NCBI RefSeq assembly: GCF_000143415.4
Contig: NW_003314280.1
Location: 1,550,894-1,614,893 of the forward strand
DNA length: 64,000 bases
Direction of reading: 5' to 3'
Source of the DNA: Selaginella moellendorffii
Lineage: Eukaryota > Plantae > Lycopodiophyta
Part shown: positions 37,540 through 51,199 of the stretch, piece after piece
Layout: the number at the start of each line of letters is the position of its first letter
Numbering within the stretch: position 1 is the first letter of the stretch
Notes under the pieces: model-generated
The model's input: only the letters and a program-made list of their open reading frames with translations
Database searches by the model: none
Told to the model about the DNA's origin: nothing
Translations under genes and position numbers: made by a program

Positions 37540-38330
37540 GCAATTTAGAACTATCTTAGAGCATTTAACAACCTAATTCTTGGACTAATAGGTAAAATAG
37601 AGTTAAATAGAGTTTATCATTATTTTAACATACTGATGGTATAATACAAGGATATGGATATTCCATTAGTTAGCATGGTGTGGAGCTTAGGCTTAAATCC
37701 AAGTTGAATGCAAAACAAAGATAGGCATGTAAACAAAAGTTAAATTATGTCTTAAGTTGGTTAACCATATCTAATCTACCCACTATCTCTATTATACATT
37801 TAGAACCCCCCACAGCCCCCTTTTGAGAAATGCACTCTTTGGGTTTTCACCCCAGTCTTAGAAGTTAGTCTTTAGGATAATCACAAAAACTTATTAAATA
37901 TAGAATAGTGTTAGATTGCGAATTTGGATATAGGAATAATACCATTGTGTTCAAAACAATCTCTACATTCCATTAATATGTCTAGCTTGCAAATATAGAT
38001 ACTTTTTATGAATAGTTAATAGAATCAAACAGAATCAATACATAGGGGATGATAGTGATGGTGTTTGGCAAACATAGTGAACTATCATTTGGTGATATTG
38101 AGGAATTAATTTCAATATATAAGGGTTTTTTACAAGCTAATGCAAGACAGAGCAAAAGAGAATTAAAAGCTATGTTGAGTACGCTCAGCAAAAAATACAT
38201 AAGAGTTCCTACCTTATGTTTATCTGACTAGGTGTAGATGCAAAGCCCAATTTACTAATACTTGAATAAGAGGGATTGAAAAGGGAACTAACAATACCAA
38301 TCTCTTGCTATTGTGGTAATAAAAGAAGAA
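37540..38330. repeat. Retroelement terminal-region relic, related in reverse complement to 52260-52650 and 54500-55110
   Basis: Shared blocks, e.g. CTTTGGGTTTTCACCCC and AATATAGAATAGTGTTAGATTGCGAATTTGGA vs 54920-55020. Confidence 0.6.
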
Positions 38331-39914
38331 TATTTGAAAGGATTTGCTAACAAACAACTTTCAATATCCATAATTTCATTCACAACACTCTTTCCCCCCC
38401 TTTAGGGAATATTAACATCCTTATCAATGTATATTCTAATCTAGACCATTACCAAAGAAACAACTCTAGAAAAAGTTTATGGTGTTCACACTTTGTGAAA
38501 AATCCACTAACTTAAATGAGTTAGGGGGTAACCTCTTTGTTTAACATAAATGCACTATAACTCAGACACTTTTCAGCCATCACCGACAAAGAAATGACCA
38601 ATAGAGTCAACCATCCTTACCGCTCTAGGTATCATCTAACTTACAAAAGATGATATGCTTATGTCTACAGATGATATAAAGAGAGAAGTTAGAGGCCCCA
38701 AACCTCATAAATAAGCAAACCAAACCTATCAATAAGGTTTAGATAGATTTATTTAGAGTTGTTTACATAGTCACACTATTTAGTAGAATAAAGAACATCT
38801 AGAGAGACACAAGTTATGTGAGTAGTCAACAATAGTTATTCTATTACTAAAAATTTCACTATACACACGAAGTGTTGAAGTCAGTTTGCCTTTATTGACC
38901 CAAACCTAAAGGTCAATAGATGGACACTATCAAAGTCATAAACAAAGAAATATGAAAGACAACAAATTATTAGTGAAGAAAGTTTACATTAAAACACAAA
39001 AGTATTCCAAGTAAGCTATTATTTGATAAACCAATATAGTAGAGGAACTGCTAAGATTACAAGAGTTTAAAATCATAAAATTAACCATCTAACAAAATTC
39101 AATAACAAAAAACTTAATGATAAAGTTTAACTACCAAAGATTGCAGATAGCATGCTAAAAACTTATGAGAGGCACCTCAAAGAACATAAAATATCATCGA
39201 CTAGCAACAAAATGCTTACAAATATATTTTTTAAAGGAAATAACATTCAAATCTATTAGAACCAATTGTAACAACAATCAATAAAATATAATAAATGTTA
39301 GAAGGGCAAATAAATACTTGTTCATATCAACAGTTGTGCTAGCTAATCTAAATAAATTCTAATCAACAATATTAAGGAATCAGAGTTGTTTAAGAAAGAG
39401 TCGACAACATCTTACCAATATCTTAAATCTAACAGACCAATCCAAAATAAACCACAAAGAATATGTGATAATAAGCTCTATTTCGTTAAAGTGGGAATTG
39501 TCATTATCCCACTTGTAAAATAAGGTTTCCAAACCTTTATATAGTATATAAATATAACAAAATTCAATTGCATTGAGGCACATGCCATTTTATTTTAAAC
39601 AAGGAAATGTCTACTCAATCACTTCTCCTCCCCCTGCCACTGCTTCATCTCTCTCTTCTCCTTGTCATCGTCGTCCAATTTCTTTCCATCCTTTTAATAT
39701 TGGCTCAGTTGCTCCGAGTCTAGGTGGAGCCCAAGTCCCCATTCAATCTTTACTTTCCCCTTATTAATAAAACAACTTCGTAGACTTCCAATAACATGCT
39801 ATAACACTTCTAGTATAATGCAAATCCTCTCAAAGAATTGTCTTTTAATATTAATACAATGGCATGGAACCCCATGCCATAATAAGTTACATTTTTAAAT
39901 AAATACATGCCATC

Positions 39915-42900
39915 TCAGACTGTTATTTTTTGCCTCCAACGCCTATACAATAATCTTGGAATTTCATCACTCTCCACACTATCAGGATTTAAACCCAATA
40001 GTAATGCCATCTCTTCTCTAATACGTCCACGCTCATGTTCAGTGGTCGAAGAACCCATCCGGTTGAGCAGATTATGGAGATGCAGATAGTGCTTGGCTAG
40101 ACAATATACATGCCATAAATGATGACTGCTGTCTGTCCGATCAAATGGCTTCTGATATACCGTTCCATCTGCCATTTGGTTGATTTCTGCAGCCACCTCC
40201 TGGACTGGCCGGTTCTTTATCACCATCGCTCCAAGCCGTTTTGCAAGGTCCCCCAGAACATACGGTTTCTTCTCCCTAGTTTCCATACTGCAAGAGATGG
40301 GGTGCACTGCATATGTGTGCGTGTTCGCTGCTGTTTTAATCGGCGAGTCATCGATGATGAGGATTTCACTTGAGCTAGCAGTCCGGTTCATCACTACAGC
40401 CTCTGGCTTGACGAAGATGGGCTTGCTACCCCTCACATGGACCATAGTCAAGCAATCCTCCTGCGTTAGGAGAAAGTCAAATGGTAATATTACTCGCGTC
40501 TGATCGTACATCATCTGTAGCAATGTTAATGCATTGTGGTGCATCATAGATGTCCAAACTCCCAATTGCAAATTGAACCCGGCCCTCTGTTTTAAGTGTC
40601 GCATGGTCATTATTAGATCCCGCAGTTTCTCCCGTGTGATTAATGTGAATCTGTCTCTTTTGACCAACTTGCGACCGCAGGCTTTGGAGGGTGCAATGAC
40701 ATTCGAGGACGAGCCACGCTCATGGGAGAAAAGGACACCGTTTAGATCAAAAACGATACAGTACCTTCGCCATGACTCTGAAATGAAATGCATCAGCATA
40801 AAAAATGGTACAAGTCAATTTTACCATCTACAATATTAGCGAATGTTGCTCCCGATGGTCGTTGAGAGGGTTTTGGTCGAGGAAACGTGAAGGGCGGAAA
40901 TACTCTCCTCTACAATATGGGGTCAATCACATCCGATGGTGTGTGGGCACATGCCATTTCAGCTGTAGACTCTGGTACAACTGGCTCAACAGTGGCATGG
41001 GGTGGTTCCGATGGCGTGTGATCACACGCCATTTCAGCTGGTGCCTCCGTTGGCAAAGTGGACATGACCGAACAGGCAGCAGGGGCGGTGTAGGGAGGTT
41101 CCAACGGCGCGTAGTCAGACGATTGGGCACACGTTGAGTCCGTTGGAAATGAGGATACGACCGGCTCGGCGGCTGGGGCGGCCTCATGTGGGTCCAATGG
41201 CGCCTGGTCACTGTCAGTTGGATACGTGGACAAGATTGACTCAGTGGTATGGGCAGCATCAAGTGGAGCGTGGTCAGCTTGCTTGGCGTTGATATGGATA
41301 GTAGCCTCCACCAGCTCTGATGACTCTTGCAGCCAAGTAGAGTCCACTGGCGGATCCATATGCATGTCCAAATATCTCCCTTCGATTGAGATGGTATCCT
41401 CCCGTGCTACTAAAAACAAACTCATTAGCACATTGAATCGACTATACTGTATTTACCATCAACTGCTATTGAGGAACTAGGACCGATATCACTTGGGCGC
41501 ACTGCTGATTCTGAAGGATTGGACATACGTTTCGACCCTTGCTTGGCACTATCCTTCCTCGACACTAAAGGCTAGAGTTTGTAAATTCAACTGAATAATC
41601 TTTACTTACCATTTGCTCTGCGACCTACATGGACAATGTTTGAAATGGTAAAAGGTTAGGAATGGATGTACTATTATTTACCTGATGGTTTGTCTTGTAT
41701 GACCTTCCTCCGCTGCTCTTTGGCCACCTCAGGCTGGCCATCGTCGTCATCATCGTCATCGTCGTTATTGTGATCGTCACCATTGTGAGGACCATCCAAG
41801 TCCTCTTCGTCCTCCTCTTCTTTGTCCTCCTCTTCATCCTTCTGCTCTTCCTGCTCATTATCTTTCTCTGGCTCCTCATCCCCCTCCTGCATTTCTTCCA
41901 TAGGCTGCTCAGGCTGGATGGCTTGTTCTTCCAGGACCATCTTGGGAAAATCATCAGGCCGAGTCTCCATCTCAAAATACAAGACATCCATAGCCTGTTT
42001 TAGTGCGTGACCTAGGACCGTATCCTCACCCGACTGTCTTAACATGGTTTCTGCACGTTCTTGCACCCTTCGAAGACGACGAGATGAGAAAAACGTGGCC
42101 CTGACTTGAAAAGCATCCCTCATCCATTGTACCTCTCCATTGAGATTGGGGAAGGGGAGTCCGTTATAGGAATCTGAGTCATGAGGTGGTGACTGCCTGC
42201 TTTCACTCAGCCCTTGATCTGCAATGAATGGCATGAGCACACACGCCATAACTGCGAGGCATTACCTATCATCTTTTCGTTGCCCTTCTTCTTTTTCGAA
42301 TCAAACGCCTCTGATCTCGACGACTGTCCAACGTGCTTTCGCTTTTTATGACCACTGTCAGTTTGAGCTTGGCTGGTGCTTGCCTGTTTTGCCTTTGAAG
42401 AAGTTTCTCTTGCAAGGAATGGCATGAGACCACACGCCATTGCAAATATAATTTGTACCTCCTTTTTTCCTATTGCTTGTCTGTTTGTCCTTCTTCGATG
42501 CGCCACCAGTGCGCTTTTCAGTCCTCGTGTCTGAATATTCACAACGATCTATAATCAAAATGGCGTGAGGCCTCACGTGACCTTACCTTGTGCAGGTTGT
42601 GAGCTCGGCCCAACATGGGTATCTTCAACAGTAGCTGTTAACGCCGTTTCAGCATCTGGGGGTGGCCACGCTCCTGCATACAGAGCTTGTGAGATAACAT
42701 TTAAACTTAAAGTGTGTACTCACCAAGTTCGCAGAGAAGATACTGTTTTTCTTTGGCAACTGTAATTATATGCTCCATTGAAGTCACCTCTTCAATGGAG
42801 TTTGTCACCGCAACACATGGGACACCCTTGAGTAGTGCGGCTCGAAAGAATAGTCCGCCGCAGTTGTACTCGACAACGCATTTGCCCTTGGAGTCGGAAG

Positions 42901-45199
42901 CAGGTGACCCACCCGCTATTGCGTTGAAGACCCAGCTGAGCATTTCCCATGCTGCACCTGGAGCTTTCTTTGGATTCGAAAGCTCCATAGCCGTCTTCAG
43001 TTCCTCAGGCACGGGTAAATTGACCTCCCTCAGATCAATTCGATTGGCTTTGTCGAACGAAGCTGGGAAGTCACTCCAGTCCCACTCTGCTGCAGGACCA
43101 ATAACAAGGGCGAGTGTGAAGATGCGGACATTCGTCGGTATCTTCTTCTTAGCCATTATTCCATGGATCTCCCGCATCTCCTTGCCTTTCAACCGAGCCT
43201 TCACCTCGTTCAAGGCCTTCCAGAACTTGTGATAGGATTCGGAGTCGTAGATCATATAGTGGACTGAAGATTCCACCTCCGCAAGTCCCACCATTAAGTC
43301 AATGATGGAGCTGACTTCGTCTGCATGAGTGATCTCCTCGTTTGTGAAGTCCATCACACAAAAGATGTTCTTGACCTGCTCATCTCCGCGGGAAACGATG
43401 CTCCTCCACCTTTGATCCTCATCCGAATTCAAGTATACCCGGTAAGGTTCTCGATAGGCCTCTGCTGCGGGGTCGAGCTGTTTCTGAAGCCGACGGTCGA
43501 CATCAATCTTAATGAAATTTGGATACTGATCCAACTTCTCAGCTTTACTTTTCGTGGCATCCCGCAGCAGATCGATGAACTTGGGGGCCCCCTTCACGTA
43601 CTCGTCGATGTCTTCATTTGACAACTCCAGCGCTTCCATCATCTCTTGCGTGGTGTCGATGCTCACCCTCTCCACGGCCACTTGCTCGAAGATCCAATCC
43701 TTCAATAGCGCACGAGCTCTCAGAGTCGTGCACAAGTCCTCGTATGTCACAATATGGCCGGGAGTCATTTTGGTCTTGTTGAAGACTACCTCACCACGTA
43801 GAAGAGCATTAGCCACTGTCAGAAGGTCGTCGTCGTCTAGAGACCGCGAGAAACGCAAGGCGTTGAGCTTCAAATCATTGGGCTTCCGGTCGTCCTCCAC
43901 ACCCATTGAGTTTGGCAACTCCCCGTCATGGTACCTCCTCAGCACATCTACCCATTTGTCAAAAACAACTTTTGTCGCGAGTAGAATGTTATGGATGCTG
44001 AGTGTGTCATTGACCCCCAGTGTTTTCAAGAGAAGACTCGAGAATTCCTGCAATGGAAATGGCGTGAGGCCACATGCTATGCCACATGCAACGAGGCTTA
44101 CCTGCCAGGCGCTAGTTGCTAGTGCACGTCCTTGTCCTGGTTTTTGTGGCTTCTTCAGTTGAACCCAGAGCTTCCGTGTTCGTGCCAATGTCTCGTGCAG
44201 ACCCGATTTGTAGCACGTTTCTTGCTTGACATTCTGCGCGTGGGAGATGTATATGATAGATCGGAGGGGCGAGTTGCCTTTTATCAGGCGGACAACTCTT
44301 GTCTTGAAGACTTTCTTCACCTCCTCGCCCACCATAATATCCACAACTATCTCTTGCATCGCCAAGCTAGAATGCTGCCCGGAGACGGCATAGAACCGGA
44401 TGTTCTGATCGTCCAACACCTTCCTATTGATCAAGTCTGGAAACCTCGTCTCGCCCTTCATTGTTCGGTAGTAGGGGATCACGTCTGCGATGTCGGGTGT
44501 TACTGGACTTGCCAGCATGTTCTGCTTCAGTTTCTCCACCCACTCATCAGATACTAGCCTGTGGTTGTATTTGCTTTGGATGTCGATACGGCTCACGTCG
44601 ATTGTATATACTTTGTTGGAATAGTAACAAGTACTATTATCTGCGACGATTTTTGCTGCCTCTTCTTGCTCTTTCTGCTCTTTGCGGCTCTTCTTTTTGG
44701 TGGGTGTAGTGTTCGAACCCGAGGCAATGGCATCACTGAGTAGCTTCTTTTTTGGAGCAGGAGAGTCTGACGTCGGCTTGAGCTTGACCACCCTTTTCTG
44801 CTTCGAGGTAGTTTCCAGATCGACCCCCTTCCCCTTTGCTTCGCGAACTGGAGTCACTCTCAACGGCTCAATGTTGGAATATAGTTTTTGAACATCGCCG
44901 TAGGTGAGGTCCGTGGATTCCATGTGATCTTCATAGACCCGCTGCGTCTTTGAAATTGTGGGCCTCCTGGACAACCTCTCCCTAGCTCCCTCTAGGAATT
45001 CCTCATAGCTGCTGCCCCCCTCCGGGAAGCCGCTAGGATGTGCAAGGTGGATCTTGAGGGCAGACGCTGTCTCTACCACAAGTGCCAGTCCATATTCTTG
45101 CATGGAACTGCATGGAGTGTCTGTCACTTGGATGAGGATCCCCATGCATTCTTTTCTCCCACCATCTGTGTTGTACAGCCTCAGATCCTCGCCTTCCAT
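39915..45199 (-). CDS. Transposon-borne multidomain gene: ParB-like + degenerate DNA-MTase-like + acidic linker + FCP1-like HAD phosphatase; one premature stop
   Basis: 10 exons (45199-44102, 44047-42724, 42673-42587, 42530-42459, 42406-42266, 42218-41682, 41624-41610, 41564-41457, 41406-40825, 40777-39915) give ~1,608 codons with a single TAG at 40912-40910. Motifs: FYAVSGQHSSLAM...HAQN; VVEYNCGG..FRAALLKG..CVAV; IVFDLNGVL...ILIIDDSPIK. Confidence 0.7.
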
Positions 45200-46738
45200 C
45201 TCGAAAGTCTAACTGGTGAGCTCCTCCCCCTTCTCTGCATCCACATTGACAGTGGCTGGAAGAAGAATGCAATTCCTCGCCTGTTCAGAAATGCACAACA
45301 ATTAGAGCTGACAGATGAAAAGCTAGTAGCTGGAAATAACGTGAGGCCACACGCCATTCACCACTGCATCAGATGTCTTGAGGCTGCATCCTAAGATGGC
45401 GTGAGGCTACACGCCATCTGTAACCGGACTGCACTCGAGAGCCCAATCGGTGCATGCCAATGTTGCTACTGAATGGCATGTGGCCTCATGCCATTTTCTA
45501 CTTGGCCTAAAAGACTTACCATTTGAAGCCGAATGGAGGCGTGACAACCGGACTCGCTGGCGAATGTGCACTGTGTGTGCAGCGGATCGTAGCAGCAAGG
45601 CTACTCTACCACTTACAGTTGGAGAGTGGCGCTGAAATCTCCCGGGACGCCAAGTGGGCTGCGTGTGGGTGGCGGAGTGGGCGGCGGAGTTGGCGGCGAA
45701 GTTACAAACTGGGTGTGTCTTGAAGTGGACGCCGATGCACACGAGCACGATGCGAGCGTGAGTGTGATGCAAGCGCGAGTGGACGCCGATGCACACGAGA
45801 AACCTGTAGAGAAGTGGGAGCGCGATGCGAGCGCGAGTACGAAGCAAAATGCAAAACCTAACCTCACACGCGCGAAATGTCACGACGGTTGGTAATCCCG
45901 CCACGTCATCATTTCTCGGACTTGGGCGCCACCATTAATTTCTGGATCGGCGCGCGCATGCGTGAAATCCAAAAGAAATCCGCAACGTCATCATTCCTCG
46001 GACTGCATGCACGCGAAATCCAAAAGAAAGATCATGATTGGGATATCATTTAATACCCTCGCTATATTTATACCATGCATGATTGGATATTCCAAAGCAT
46101 CTTGTATTTCCAAAAATGCCAGATGTTCAGCTAAATAAATTGTCAGAGGATTTGATGTGACGTTCAAGCATGTGGGCTCATGCAATTTTGATCCCAAAAA
46201 ATGCACCAAAAAATGCTCGGCGTCATCTGGCGTTATCTCTTGAATGGCGTGGGGCCACATGCCATTTTCAGGAGCACATAGGAGTATATTCCTAGAATAT
46301 TCTGACACGCGCGAGATTGTTTTGAGTTTCCTGGAGATCCAACCGTTAGATCGCAACTAGATTTTACAGAATGGTATATAATGTCCTTCTTGATGACCCT
46401 GCAAAGAAGCATCTCAATCGGACACCACATGAGACCACACGAGCCTTACAATGTTTCAGGGGCATTTGCCATAGATCCGACCGTTATTTTGCTCCAAGAT
46501 TCTACAGTTTGGTGTGCATTGACCTTTCCATCGACACTGCAAAGGGACATCACAATCAGATGCGGGATCACAAGAAACCAACTTCACTAACTTTGGTTTC
46601 ACCAAGATCTACGTAAGGAGTTATGAAATGAAAGGACCCTCTCTATTGAAATGTGTTTATGGTCCTAGGGGCATTGTGACATATCAAAGGATTTTGCATC
46701 AAGTTCTGTATTTGCATGTTTATCAAGCTACTGAATTG

Positions 46739-46770
46739 CTAAACCCTAAACCCTAAACCCTAACCCTAAA
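46739..46770 (+). repeat. Interstitial plant telomere repeat (CCCTAAA) x ~4
   Basis: CTAAACCCTAAACCCTAAACCCTAACCCTAAA. Confidence 0.85.
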
Positions 46771-48056
46771 CATGTGGCAAATGCTGCGTGAAGAAAGATG
46801 CCCTTTCTGGGCAAATGTTGTAAGAGGCAGATTCCGAGCAGATGTATCTCAGGCCAGCGAAGGGGACAAACGAAAGCTAGCTATAAACATGACGGGATGC
46901 AAATAGATTACTAGGCTGGTCCTGCGAAAATCAAAAACCATAATTGAAAACATTGAAAATGCAAAAAGAAAGGTTTATAATATTTTTGAATTTTAAGCAA
47001 CCAAATGAATGTAAGTAGGGCATGTGTTTGTAAGTTTAAAAATGCCTCAACCACTTAAATTCCCAAGTAAATAAAGCTATTTCTATTTTTGGTACAGGTA
47101 AACTTTATAGTGTGTGGGCTCATGCAATTTTGAACCCAAAAATGCACCAAAAAATGCTCGACTAGCATTATTCTTTGAATGGCGTGTGGCCTTATATTGC
47201 CATAAATGGATGTACACACACAGCATAATTATTCCTTTACATGGCGAATAATCTTGGCGCGGATCGCTGACATGGCATGGCAAAGTTCGAATCACTGACA
47301 TGGCACAGCTGGATCGAGGCAAGGACATGATGTGACAAAGTTCAACCTCCGACAGCAAAGTCTAGAAGCTACTCAGTTTGAAATTTGTCAGAGGAATCAT
47401 AAGATCTGGTTTGTCAGAGGATTTGATGTGACGTTCAAGCGTGTGTTATTTTTGAATTCTCGAACTCATTCCTAGGTCTATCATTTTTGTGCGCCGTGTT
47501 CTTGGTTCCGCTGAGCGCAGTGAGCGCTGCTTGTGTAAGCGGCGTTGTGAGCTGTGGTTTATGCGTCTACAAGCGGTTGCGGCATTGCGAGCGCCATTGC
47601 GAGCGGCAGTTTATGCGAGTGGCAGTTTGTGCGAGCGGCGCTACGAGCAGTTGCGGTGTTGCGAGCGGCGCTACGAGTAGTTGCGGTGTTGCGAGCGGCA
47701 CTGTCTTTGGTGTGGCTACCGCTTCCTCTTGATATTCGGCACTTGTGCTTCCTAGTATGTTCACCATGGAATGGTTTAAGACCACATTTAGAAATGGCAT
47801 GAGGCCACATGCCATCTTGGGCCCTTGCAATTTCATGGCTAGTGTATTGTCATGTATGTTTTTACTTGCCTGCAGCTGTGTGTATATCAAGATGGCATGA
47901 GGCCTCATGCCAATTTTATGAATGCGAAATTTCACGTGGGTGTCAATAGCATGTTTGAATAATGGCATGTGGCCTCATGCTATTTGGTATGTTATGATTT
48001 AGGCCATTCTCCAATCATTTTTTGTATGGTCTTAACTTCTTTTCTGCACTTTCAGA

Positions 48057-51000
48057 ATGGCCTTCAGGGTTGGGGAAAAGGTTTACATTTTGAATGGTGG
48101 GAAGAGAGTTGCAAAAGGGACCCTTGTGTCTATGGATCGGAACTTTGTTATACACTATCAAAGGCTTGGGGAAGGCAATGCTGCTGTATCAGTAGAGACT
48201 GTCTTCGATGGGAATGTGGTCGCTATTGAACGAGGAGAAATGGTCGTCGGGGTAAATGTTGTTGTTGCCTTGAAAAAATCTGCAGAAGAAAGCAGATGTT
48301 GGGGACAGCGCAAGTGCGACGCATGTTCCCTCCGTGGATCTTAAGAACCGTGCTACATGGATTCAGGCAAAGGTGTTTCTAAACAACCCCGAGGGGGAGG
48401 TGGTAGCTGAGGGTTTAGCCACAGTTGTCGATCCAAGAGATGCGGTTGCTAATCAAGAATTGGGCTGGGATGATATTGGAGTTGCGATTTTAGAGGTTGT
48501 TGACACAGAAGAAAACAATCTGACTATTGGAAGCATTGTGCGGTGGAAATTGAGGCATTTAGTGTTTGAGAATGTGAAGGATTCACAATCAAACACCACT
48601 ACAACTGATGACAGAACATCTCTTCATGGGAAAAGAAAGTACACCTTCCTACAGCGCAGCCAAAGGGATCTGAGCAACGAACCGTAAAGGCAGAAAATGG
48701 CGATGGAGGTTCGAATGGTCTCGACAGTTGCTTGTTGCAAGAGGAGGTGCTGTCAACATGCTGATTGGGATGCTATTGAAGAGGAGAGAGCAAGATACAA
48801 GACATTGTCCTGGAAGGTAGCTCGCAATTTTGTGTATGAGGCATTACGGTCATCTGTTGATGCTTCAGAACATCAGGTGGGGGGCATGGTCTTCCAGAGG
48901 GGTTTGGTCTGCATGAAGGCATGGAGAATCATTTATGGAGTCCCTCGAAGCACATTCTATAGAATCAAAACTGAGTTTGAGGAACAAAGGGTTCAACAGG
49001 CAGTCCATGGGAACGACGGTACGCACAAAACCAGGGGTCATGTTGTATATGGAGAGGCAATCTTCAAGAGGTTTGTCGAGACATGTAGCGAGCAGCAACC
49101 ACATAAAACCCGCCTCTTGGAAGATGGAACATGAGACACCCAACGAGTTCTCCCTTCCATGTATACCAAGGGGGCCATATTGGAAGATGTGAATCGGGAA
49201 CTCCAGAGTAATGGCTACAGGAAGCTGAGCCAATCTAGATTTAGTAAATTGTGGAGCAACAGGTTCAGGGATGTGAGTATAGGAAAGTACTCCAGCTTTT
49301 CAAAGTGTGACGAGTGCACTGCTATCAAAATGGCTTTGTCGAAGAATTCTTGCAGCGCTCAAGAGCGAGAGACGTTGGTTAGAAGGCGGCTCGACCACAA
49401 CATCGAGCAGAGAAGCTGCAGGACTACATATTATCATAACAGGATTCTCTCCATGGAGAGACCTGACTCTTACCTCTGCATCATCCACGACAAAATGGAC
49501 CAGAAAAAGACGTGCTTACCTCGACTCAATCCTGCCCCCAAGGCAATCTCTTCATCCATGCAGCTGCCTGTGTCTCTGTTTGGCATAATCGCTCATGGGC
49601 ATGGTGCCCAGAACTATGGGAACTTCTTTGTACCTCTATGGGGTGGCGGGGGTGCAAACATGATGATTGCGTCCCTAGCAAAACACTTAAGGTCTTTGCA
49701 AAGTGCGCAGACTGAGCTGAACGGCCAACCCTTGCATAAAGCCCTTGTCGATCGAACCCCATACAGGGTTCAGCTGGAGGAGGAGCAAAGGCTTGTAGTA
49801 TCGCGTGGGGCCCCATGCCATCCCAGTGAATATGTTGGCCGTCAGATTGTAGGGTTATCACGTGAGGCCTCATGCCATTCCGACGAGGCTGGTCGCCCGG
49901 TGAATGCACAGCCTCATCCAAACGAAGCAGAATCTCAAGGAAGTTCTTGCGGCCGATGTGGCCTTCCACCCCATCTTCTGCTCCAAACAGACAATGCTGG
50001 CAGTGAGAACAAAAACATGTACGTCTTCGCGTACTTGGCGATGCTTGTTGCCAAAGGCATATTTGAAACGGTTACACTTGGCTTTCTCATGGTTGGGCAC
50101 ACTCATGAAGACGTCGATGCCATGTTCAGTCACCTGGCAGAGTCCCTCCGGCGATCCAATGTCCTCACCCTCCCACAACTCTACGATGAATTCCAAAATT
50201 GCATCAAAGGCACTGTTGAAGCTGCACTTGTGACAGAGGTTCCAGACTTTAAGGGGTTTGTAAGAGGCTACATCAGGGACGGATACGAAACGCTGATTGG
50301 CCACTCCAAGCCTCTTCAGTTTCATTTCAGCATGCGTGACGGTGCTCCAGTGATGAGGTACAAGATGAGAGAATGGGACACAGTGTGGCTGCCAGTGGAT
50401 GGCATTGAACTCTTCAAGAGAGATCCCATAACTAGGGAACCTATGATTCCTCAGGGTTTCCCACGGCCGATGCACCTGGATGGACTCAAAGACCAGGAAA
50501 GTATAGTGGCCGGGATTAGACAGCATATTGCCTTCTGGAAGAGGGGGTTGGTGTTTGGTGGAGAATCCTATTTTAAGAGGTGCAAGCCTTTGCTCGAATA
50601 CTGGGAGAAGATTATATCTGCTATCCAAAATGGGCCGGTTGTATATGAAGAATTGGAAGAGTCCTTTTGGCCAGAACCCAGAGCACTAGATAGTAGCGGA
50701 ACAATGTCCTCTGGAAATGCAGTGACAGATAATGATGTTGAGGATCACTATTGTGGGCCGAGGAACAAGAAGCCGGATTCAGCATTCAATCCAGTACAGG
50801 TCTGCAAAGGAATGGTCGTGCTTGTCAGACCCAGTAATAAAAAACAAATGATATGGGTGGGGCGCTGCATCACTGATGCAGAGGAGGACGCAGAAACTAA
50901 CTCCTTCAATGTAACTGTGGAGTGGTTCAAGCCAAGTTCCGGATATACGAAGGATTGCCTAGAAAAGAGATGGGTGCTGAATCCAAGGGATCCCAGCATG

Positions 51001-51199
51001 AGCATATCGGTGGATAATGTTGTGCATGGTTGGATGCGGAAGCAGAGTGCCACCATCACCTTGCCAGACCATGCAAGAGATGCAGCAAGAGCATTCATAA
51101 CCCGGGTTCAAGGTGAGATTCATTAATATTCCTTTACTAAGTTTCTAATGTATTTTATTTCAAGGTGAACAATCCGAATCTAAATCAGAGGAGGCGTGA
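48057..51199 (+). pseudogene. Sola/DUF7869-like DDE transposase, disrupted (1 frameshift, 2 nonsense codons)
   Basis: CDEC..H Zn motif, LCIIHDKMDQKKT, LQTDNAGSENKN, FLMVGHTHEDVDAMFS. ORFs 48334, 48697 and 49159 share one frame, split by TAA 48685 and TGA 49132; frameshift near 48275; short last exon ends TGA 51199. Confidence 0.85.

Noticed and set aside
38450-39470. Possible Helitron-like remnant interrupted by the Sola-like element
   Set aside because: Only a few short peptide echoes (LTALG, RGP); too degenerate to support as a feature.
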